Positions 7,703-13,662 of a stretch of DNA of 32,000 nt are shown here, piece after piece. The stretch is from an uncultured Lachnospiraceae bacterium (GTDB taxonomy: Bacteria; Bacillota; Clostridia; Lachnospirales; Lachnospiraceae): NCBI GenBank assembly GCA_910579615.1, contig CAJTUA010000003.1:97230-129229 (forward strand), written 5' to 3'. Position 1 is the first letter of the stretch, and each line of letters begins with the position of its first letter. The notes under the pieces were generated by a model. It was not told where the DNA came from. It saw nothing but the letters and a program-made list of their open reading frames with translations, and did no database searches. Both the position numbers and the translations under genes were made by a program.

Positions 7703-8131
7703 TTATTCATGCTCTTCGCAGCATGGGCAGTCCGGGAACTGGCTGTGGTCGTACTCAATTCCGTTTTTGTCGTAGTAATCTTTCACCGCCGCCCGGATGG
7801 CTTCTTCTGCGAGCACGGAACAATGTAGCTTGTGTGCGGGCAGTCCGCCCAGTGCCTCGGTTACTGCCTTGTTTGTCAACTGCAGAACTTCGCCAAGAGG
7901 TTTGCCCATAATTAGTTCCGTTGCCATAGAACTGGACGCGATGGCGGAACCGCAGCCAAAGGTTTCAAATTTTACGTCTGAAACAATGTTATTCTCGATT
8001 TTTAAATAAATTTTCATGATATCGCCGCATTTTGCGTTGCCGACTTCGCCGATGCCGTCGGCGTTTTCTATCGTTCCAACATTTTTGGGATTCCGGAAAT
8101 GCTCCATCACTTTTTCACTGTATAATGACAT
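7703..8131 (-). CDS. nifU: Fe-S cluster assembly scaffold protein NifU/IscU
   Basis: ATG 8131 is 7 nt after AAAGGAG. The sequence is classic IscU: EHFRNPKNVG, GNAKCGD, FGCGSAIASSS and HCSVLAEEAI, with three conserved Cys. It carries an extra CPCC tail. Confidence 0.9.
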   Translation of the reverse strand: MSLYSEKVMEHFRNPKNVGTIENADGIGEVGNAKCGDIMKIYLKIENNIVSDVKFETFGCGSAIASSSMATELIMGKPLGEVLQLTNKAVTEALGGLPAHKLHCSVLAEEAIRAAVKDYYDKNGIEYDHSQFPDCPCCEEHE

Positions 8132-8219
8132 ATTGCTCACTCCTTTTTATGCTAAGCGCCGAAGAAACCAATGCCCGGTTTTTCGTGTTTTTTGTAAGAA
8201 GAACGCGTTTTCCGCAAGC

Positions 8220-9404
8220 CTAGAGGATGAAGGCTTTCTTCCCGCTTACCTTATCTTTCCACAGCGGGGACATATTTCTGAGATACTCCACAATTTCCGG
8301 CACAGCTTTTAAAATCTGCTCCACATCCTCCATGGTATTTTCTGCATCAAGCGTTAAGCGCAGGGAACCGTGCGCAACCTCGTGCGGTCTGCCAATCGCG
8401 AGCAGCACATGGCTTGGGTCAAGGGAACCGGAGGTGCAGGCGGAACCGGAGGAGGCGCAGATGCCGCGGTCATCCAGGAGAAGCAGCAGGCTTTCGCCCT
8501 CCACGCCCTCAAAGCAGAAACTTACATTGCCGGGCAGGCGGTTTTTCGCGTCACCGTTGAGCGCTGCATATGGAATCCGGGAAAGCCCTGCAATCAGGCG
8601 TTCTCGTAGCAGCAGCAATTTTTCCGTATGCCCGGACATTTGGGCGCAGGCTTCCTCAAGCGCCGCCGCCATGCCAACGATTGCGGGTAGATTTTCCGTT
8701 CCGGCGCGCTTGCCGCGCTCCTGCGCGCCGCCCTCAATCAAATTGTGAAGTGGGATTCCCCGCCGGACATAGAGCGCGCCGATGCCCTTTGGTCCGTGGA
8801 ATTTGTGCGCGGAGAGGGAGAGCATGTCGATGTTTTGCGTCCGCACATCCACTGGGAGATGCCCGATGGCCTGCACTGCGTCGGTATGGAATGGAATTTT
8901 TTGTTCACGGCAGATAGCGCCAATCTGTGCAATCGGAAGAATGGTGCCGATTTCATTGTTGGCATACATGATTGTTACAAGGCAGGTATCTTCCCGGATG
9001 GCGTTTGCAACCTGTTCCGGGGAAAGCATCCCATTTTCGTGGACATCCAGAAGTTCCACTTCAAAGCCTTCTTTTTCCAGTTTTTCCAGGGTGTGCAGGA
9101 CGGCATGGTGTTCGAAGGCGGAGGAGATAATGTGTTTTTTCCCTTTGTGCGCACCATTTTTCGCGGCGGAGAGAATGGCATGGTTATCCGCCTCGCTGCC
9201 TCCGGAGGTGAAATAAATCTCTCCCGGCTCCGCCCCGATGCATGAAGCAATGCGTTCCCTCGCGGACTGTAAGGCTTCTGCCGCTTTCTGTCCGAATGCG
9301 TACAGGCTTGAAGGGTTGCCCCAGTTTTCTTCCATGCAAGTAGACATCGCATTGATAGCGGTTCTGCTGATTTTCGTTGTTGCCGCGTTATCTGCATAGA
9401 CCAT
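8220..9404 (-). CDS. nifS: cysteine desulfurase NifS/IscS type (PLP-dependent)
   Basis: Track ORF 8220..9602. ATG 9404 follows GAAAGGAAAG. Motifs: MVYADNAATT, FTSGGSEADN, the SLSAHKFHGPKG PLP-lysine motif and the SSGSACTS active-site Cys loop. Confidence 0.9.
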   Translation of the reverse strand: MVYADNAATTKISRTAINAMSTCMEENWGNPSSLYAFGQKAAEALQSARERIASCIGAEPGEIYFTSGGSEADNHAILSAAKNGAHKGKKHIISSAFEHHAVLHTLEKLEKEGFEVELLDVHENGMLSPEQVANAIREDTCLVTIMYANNEIGTILPIAQIGAICREQKIPFHTDAVQAIGHLPVDVRTQNIDMLSLSAHKFHGPKGIGALYVRRGIPLHNLIEGGAQERGKRAGTENLPAIVGMAAALEEACAQMSGHTEKLLLLRERLIAGLSRIPYAALNGDAKNRLPGNVSFCFEGVEGESLLLLLDDRGICASSGSACTSGSLDPSHVLLAIGRPHEVAHGSLRLTLDAENTMEDVEQILKAVPEIVEYLRNMSPLWKDKVSGKKAFIL

Positions 9405-9423
9405 GATTATCTTTCCTTTCTTT

Positions 9424-10707
9424 TCAAATTGTGGCCGCAAATCCACGCTCCAAATCCTCAATAATATCATCGATATGCTCTGTTCCGATGGAAAGGCGGA
9501 TGGTATTCGGGTGGATATCCTGTTCCTCAAGTTCCTTTTCGGTAAGCTGCGAGTGTGTGGTGGTTGCCGGGTGGATGACAAGGCTCTTGACATCCGCGAC
9601 ATTCGCGAGCAGGGAGAAGACTTTTAAATTGTCGATGAAGCGGTGTGCTTCGTCCTGTCCGCCCCTGATATCGAAGGTAAAAATGGAAGCGCCGCCGTTC
9701 GGGAAATATTTTTCATACAGGGCGTGGTCTGGGTGGTCTGGCAGGGACGGGTGGTTGACGCGTTCCACAAGCGGATGCTTTGCCAGAAAATCCACTACTT
9801 TTTTCGCGTTTTCCGCATGGCGCTCTAAGCGCAGGGAAAGTGTCTCCACGCCCTGCAGAAGCAGGAAAGCATTGAATGGAGAAATTGCCGCCCCGGTATC
9901 GCGCAGAAGGATTGCCCGGATGTAGGTGACAAAGGCAGCAGACCCCACAGCATCAGCAAAGGATACGCCATGATAACTCGGGTTTGGCTCGGCAATGGCA
10001 GGGTATTTGCCGCTCGCCTTCCAATCAAACTTGCCGGAATCCACGATGATACCGCCAAGCGTTGTGCCGTGCCCGCCGATGAATTTCGTTGCGGAGTGAA
10101 CCACGATATCCGCGCCGTGTTCAATCGGGCGAATCAGGTATGGGGTGCCGAACGTATTGTCAATGACGAGCGGAAGCCCGTGCTTATGCGCAATCGCCGC
10201 AATTGCATCAATATCCGGGATATCACTGTTCGGGTTGCCAAGCGTTTCCAGATAAATGGCACGCGTATTTTCCTTTATGGCATTCTCTAGCTCGGTCAGA
10301 TTGTGCGCATCCACGAAGGTTGTTGTAATGCCGTAGTGTGGGAGGGTGTGGGCAAAGAGATTGTAGCTGCCGCCGTAAATGGTTTTCTGGGAGACGATGT
10401 GTCCTCCGTCTGCGGCGAGTGCCTCGATGGCGTATGTAATTGCCGCGGCACCGGAAGCCAAAGCAAGGGCTGCTACACCGCCCTCAAGCGCCGCAATCCT
10501 TTTTTCGAAGACATCTTGTGTGGAGTTGGTCAGGCGGCCGTAAATGTTGCCCGCGTCCGCGAGGCCAAAGCGCGCTGCCGCGTGTGCGGAATTCCTGAAT
10601 ACATAGGAAGTGGTCTGGTAAATCGGCACCGCCCTGGCATCGGTTGCCGGGTCAGGCTGTTCCTGACCAACATGAAGTTGAAGGGTTTCAAAACGGTATT
10701 CGCTCAT
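9424..10707 (-). CDS. metY: O-acetylhomoserine sulfhydrylase / aminocarboxypropyltransferase
   Basis: The start FETLQLHVGQEQPDPATDARAVPIYQTTSYVF and the HSATKFIGGHG PLP-lysine motif are typical of the MetY/CysD family. RBS AAGAGGA. It ends 19 nt before the nifS start, so the genes form an operon. Confidence 0.9.
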   Translation of the reverse strand: MSEYRFETLQLHVGQEQPDPATDARAVPIYQTTSYVFRNSAHAAARFGLADAGNIYGRLTNSTQDVFEKRIAALEGGVAALALASGAAAITYAIEALAADGGHIVSQKTIYGGSYNLFAHTLPHYGITTTFVDAHNLTELENAIKENTRAIYLETLGNPNSDIPDIDAIAAIAHKHGLPLVIDNTFGTPYLIRPIEHGADIVVHSATKFIGGHGTTLGGIIVDSGKFDWKASGKYPAIAEPNPSYHGVSFADAVGSAAFVTYIRAILLRDTGAAISPFNAFLLLQGVETLSLRLERHAENAKKVVDFLAKHPLVERVNHPSLPDHPDHALYEKYFPNGGASIFTFDIRGGQDEAHRFIDNLKVFSLLANVADVKSLVIHPATTTHSQLTEKELEEQDIHPNTIRLSIGTEHIDDIIEDLERGFAATI

Positions 10708-10731
10708 AGCATTGTCCTCTTTTCTTATTTT

Positions 10732-10952
10732 TAGTTCTGCAAAAAGCCTGCCAGCACCTATAACCGAGGAAGAATTTTTCGCTTCGCCGAAAAATCCTTC
10801 CGGGCGCTGTCCGGCTTTTTGCTGGTTTTTTTAGTTCCGCAAAAAGCCTGCCAGCACCCATAACCTTGGAAGAATTTTTCGCTTCGCCGAAAAATCCTTC
10901 CGGGCGCTGTCCGGCTTTTTGCTGATTTTTTAGTTCCGCAAAAAGCCTGCCA
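10732..10952. repeat. tandem repeat, 100-nt unit x 2.2, each unit a long interrupted inverted repeat
   Basis: Copies at 10732-10831 and 10832-10930 differ by 5 substitutions and 1 indel. A partial copy lies at 10931-10952. See the findings for the fold. Confidence 0.9.
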
Positions 10953-10982
10953 CCGCTTGGCCTTTGGCGATGCGTTTCTGTT

Positions 10983-11011
10983 ATGATACACCTATAAACC
11001 TATATTGTCAA
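10983..11011 (-). promoter_or_regulatory. SigA-type promoter of the metY-nifS-nifU operon
   Basis: On the - strand: TTGACA (11011-11006), 17-nt spacer, TATCAT (10988-10983). Confidence 0.55.
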
Positions 11012-11040
11012 TAGGTAAATGGGTAAAAAACAAAAACTAC

Positions 11041-11070
11041 TTGTTAAACCCTTTAACCTTGCGTTATAAT
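11041..11070 (+). promoter_or_regulatory. candidate promoter of the rrf2-family gene
   Basis: TTGTTA (11041-11046), 18-nt spacer, TATAAT (11065-11070). Confidence 0.4.
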
Positions 11071-11100
11071 AGGTTGCAAAGGACGGAGGTAAGAGCGCTT

Positions 11101-11508
11101 ATGATTTCAACGAAAGGCAGATATGCCCTGCGCGTGATGGTGGATTTGGCGCAGCAGGATACGGACGGTTTTGTGCCGTTGGACGAGATTGCGGAGCGGC
11201 AGGGAATTTCCAAAAAATATCTGGAGATTATTTTAAAGACATTGGTGGCAAAAAAACTTTTAAAAGGTATGCGGGGCAAAGGCGGGGGATACCGCCTGAC
11301 GCGACGCCCGGAGGAATATACGGCGGGGGAGATTTTAGAGCTGACCGAAGGGACGTTGGCAAGCGTGGCATGCCTGCGCGCCGATGCAGAGCCGTGTGAG
11401 AGGAAGGCAAGGTGCAATACACTTCCCATGTGGGAGAGGTTTGATGGGATGGTGCATGATTTCTTTTATGGAATTACGCTTGCGGACTTGGCAAAGGAGC
11501 GGGAGTGA
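11101..11508 (+). CDS. Rrf2-family transcriptional regulator (IscR/CymR-like, probable Fe-S binding)
   Basis: MISTKGRYALRVMVDLA followed by a winged HTH (ISKKYLEIILKTLVAKKLLKGMRGKGGGYRL). The Cys triad ACLRADAEPCERKARC is present. The gene is divergent from the sulfur/Fe-S operon. Confidence 0.9.
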   Translation: MISTKGRYALRVMVDLAQQDTDGFVPLDEIAERQGISKKYLEIILKTLVAKKLLKGMRGKGGGYRLTRRPEEYTAGEILELTEGTLASVACLRADAEPCERKARCNTLPMWERFDGMVHDFFYGITLADLAKERE

Positions 11509-11629
11509 TTGACACTCCTGCTTTTTTCGGTTAGAATGGAAGCCAGAAAAATCATTACAATATGAAGAGTGAAGTATGGATATGCTTTCACGAAAAGTCA
11601 TGCTGGGTAAAAGGAGGTATCGAGGGAAA

Positions 11630-12925
11630 ATGCTCGGATTAAAACGGGGAACCGTGAAACTGTATCAACATGAAAAAGAATGGGAAATCGAAGCGCAGAA
11701 TACAATTTCCCGGCTGAAAAAGATTTTGGGTTCTGCCGCGAAGGATATTCAGCATGTGGGAAGCACATCCATCCTTTCCATTCAGGCAAAACCGATTATC
11801 GACATTGCGCTTGCCGTTGATAATTTCGACGATATTCTTGCGTTTGAAAAGGAATTAAAAGATGAAGGCTTTTATTACCGCCCGAAGGCACAGCCATCAA
11901 TTCAGAACCAATTATTGTTTGCATGTGGCAGTTTTTATGACGGTTCCGGGGATTTGCAGACGCATTTTATCCATGTTGTCCTGACAAACAGCATGGACTG
12001 GATGAATTATATCAATTTTAGGGATTACCTGAATAAAATGCCTTCCGTTGCAAAGAAGTATGAAAAACTGAAAATATCGCTTGCCGCGCAGGCACCCGTT
12101 GACAATGGCAGGGAAAAGTATGTGGAAGGCAAGCATGATTTTATTGTTTATACGTTAAGGAAGGCGCTTGTGAATTTCTACCTTGGGAAAACCGTTGTGA
12201 TAAAAATTGACCGTCCGCTTGGCAGCGCGCACCCGAAAGACGCAAGCCTGGTTTATCCGGTGAATTATGGGTATCTTCCGGGTGTTTTAGGCGGTGACGG
12301 GGAGGAACTTGACGTGTACTTGCTTGGAGTGGATACTCCGGTAAAAGAATTTCAGGCGCGCGTGATTGGAATTGTCCACCGGCATGATGATGTGGAGGAT
12401 AAGCTGGTCGCTGCGCCGGAAGGGATGGATTATACTGCCATTGAAATAGAAGAAGCGGTGCATTTCCAGGAGCAGTATTATAAGAGCGAAGTGGAGGCGA
12501 TTTTTGAAAAATCCTGTGGAACGGTTCTGTATACAAAACGGGACGGGATTGTTCATTACCTGCTCATCGAGTCCTGTGGCGGAAAAAATTGCGGTTTTCC
12601 GAAGGGGCATATGGAAAAAGACGAGAATGAAATGGAAACTGCATTGAGGGAAACGTGGGAGGAGACTTCCATCCGGGCAAAAATTGTGGATGGTTTTAAG
12701 CGGGAGATTACGTATGCAATGGAAAACGGAAAAATAAAGTCCGTCGTTTATTTTTTGGCGAATTATGAGGGGCAAGTACCGGAACATAATTCGGGTTATG
12801 AGCACAATGAGTATTGTTTGCTGCCGTTTTATGAAGCATATTCCAGGCTGACTTATGATAATATGAAGAAGCTACTAAAGGAAGCGGATGAGTTTTTGGT
12901 CAGGATACCCGAAAGCAAGGGCTGA
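11630..12925 (+). CDS. three-domain fusion protein: GrpB (nucleotidyltransferase-fold) + inorganic-pyrophosphatase-like + Nudix hydrolase
   Basis: Track ORF 11576..12925. GrpB-like part: HVGSTSILSIQAKPIIDI...KYVEGKHDFI. PPase-like part: DRPLGSAHP...YPVNYGYLPGVLGGDGEELDVYLLG. Nudix box: GFPKGHMEKDENEMETALRETWEETS. The start is uncertain among 11576, 11600 and 11630. Confidence 0.8.
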   Translation: MLGLKRGTVKLYQHEKEWEIEAQNTISRLKKILGSAAKDIQHVGSTSILSIQAKPIIDIALAVDNFDDILAFEKELKDEGFYYRPKAQPSIQNQLLFACGSFYDGSGDLQTHFIHVVLTNSMDWMNYINFRDYLNKMPSVAKKYEKLKISLAAQAPVDNGREKYVEGKHDFIVYTLRKALVNFYLGKTVVIKIDRPLGSAHPKDASLVYPVNYGYLPGVLGGDGEELDVYLLGVDTPVKEFQARVIGIVHRHDDVEDKLVAAPEGMDYTAIEIEEAVHFQEQYYKSEVEAIFEKSCGTVLYTKRDGIVHYLLIESCGGKNCGFPKGHMEKDENEMETALRETWEETSIRAKIVDGFKREITYAMENGKIKSVVYFLANYEGQVPEHNSGYEHNEYCLLPFYEAYSRLTYDNMKKLLKEADEFLVRIPESKG

Positions 12926-12938
12926 ATCCATTTTTTCC

Positions 12939-12967
12939 TTGACAAATCCCCCATTCAATGCTATATT
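12939..12967 (+). promoter_or_regulatory. SigA-type promoter of the metG leader
   Basis: TTGACA (12939-12944), 17-nt spacer, TATATT (12962-12967). Confidence 0.55.
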
Positions 12968-12974
12968 GCTATCC

Positions 12975-13477
12975 ATAAAGTGATTGTGGAACGCTGTTTT
13001 CCGCAGGAACAAAGGAATATGGAAAAGGCAATGAAGAGAAGAGTACGGGGTGAAAGCTTTTACAGAGAATTCCGCAGACAGTGTAAGCTGCCTTGCTGAG
13101 AGCGGGAGAAGGGGAAGCTTCGGAAGATGGTCTTGGAGCTGCGCGGCCAAAACCGGATGGTGCGGTGTGGGAACATGCAGAATGGAAATGGGTTGGCATG
13201 GATACCTGCGGGATAGGAACCGGAATGATACAGGGCATTTAAGGTGCCCGGTAGAATTTTTGGATGCGGTCAGGCTGCGACGGAGGCGCCCGTTAGCGCG
13301 ATATGCTGTAGGTCAGGGCAGGCAGCGGCACGCCGTATCATGTGGGGGCGGGCAGTTTGGCAGGGCATCGGATTGCAGCAGATGAGGCGCATTTCGTGAG
13401 GAATGCGCGAAATAAAGTGGTACCACGGGAGATAACTCCTGTCTTTATCGGGAATGATAGAGGCAGGAGTTTTTTTG
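12975..13477 (+). promoter_or_regulatory. T-box riboswitch leader (methionine specifier inferred)
   Basis: GA/AGUA motif AAUGAAGAGAAGAGUAC (13031-13046). Candidate specifier GAAG-AUG-G (AUG at 13127-13129). Stem III GCGCAUU/AAUGCGC (13387-13408). T-box sequence AAAGUGGUACCACGGGA (13414-13430). A terminator overlaps the 3' end. Confidence 0.75.
13435..13477 (+). terminator. intrinsic terminator of the T-box leader
   Basis: ACTCCTGTCTTTATC (13435-13449) pairs with GATAGAGGCAGGAGT (13456-13470): 15 bp including 2 G.U, 6-nt loop, followed by T7. Confidence 0.8.
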
Positions 13478-13548
13478 TGCGCAGAGCGGACAGAAAAACC
13501 CTTCCTGGAACATTGGTGTTGGGAGGGAACCTGCGGAACTCAAAAACA

Positions 13549-13638
13549 GTATATGCCCGTACAGACCCCGGAGAAATTTTTGGGAGAGAAGCGGACAAAA
13601 ATTTATCCGATGGGTTAAGGGTCTGGAAGGGCATATAC
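13549..13638 (+). other. 90-nt extended hairpin in the metG 5' UTR, downstream of the T-box terminator
   Basis: Outer helix 13549-13568 / 13619-13638 (18 of 20 paired). Inner helix 13570-13582 / 13596-13608 (12 of 13 paired). It ends 12 nt before the AGGAGG RBS. Confidence 0.55.
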
Positions 13639-13662
13639 GGAACTAAAAATAGGAGGAAAACC

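Noticed and set aside
8227-9245. Several 140-170-aa ORFs on the + strand opposite nifS (8227..8748, 8745..9245, 8782..9216)
   Set aside because: They are antisense to a strongly supported cysteine desulfurase gene. Their composition is Arg/Ser/Pro-biased, and they have no RBS.
10732-10952. CRISPR array interpretation of the tandem repeat
   Set aside because: The units are contiguous and 100 nt long, with no unique spacers between them. There are no cas genes in the window.
10708-10982. S-box (SAM-I) or T-box riboswitch upstream of metY
   Set aside because: I looked on the - strand for the SAM-I core (GAGGGA...GCAACC...GGUGCUAA) and for the T-box GGUGGUACC motif with a terminator. Only a fortuitous GGUGCUGG is present, and no U-tract terminator is present.
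10758-10991. 77-aa ORF on the - strand spanning the tandem repeats
   Set aside because: Its sequence is internally duplicated (WQAFCGTKK... twice) only because it reads through the 100-nt repeats. It has no RBS, and it lies inside the predicted leader. It is treated as an artefact of the repeat.
13342-13662. N-terminal extension of metG (track ORF starts at 13342); similar extensions at 8220..9602, 6438, 4462, 3226, 22632..24713, 29371..30534 and 30556
   Set aside because: The extensions run through the T-box terminator or through intergenic DNA and lack an RBS. In each case an internal ATG with a GGAGG-type RBS coincides with the conserved N-terminus of the family.
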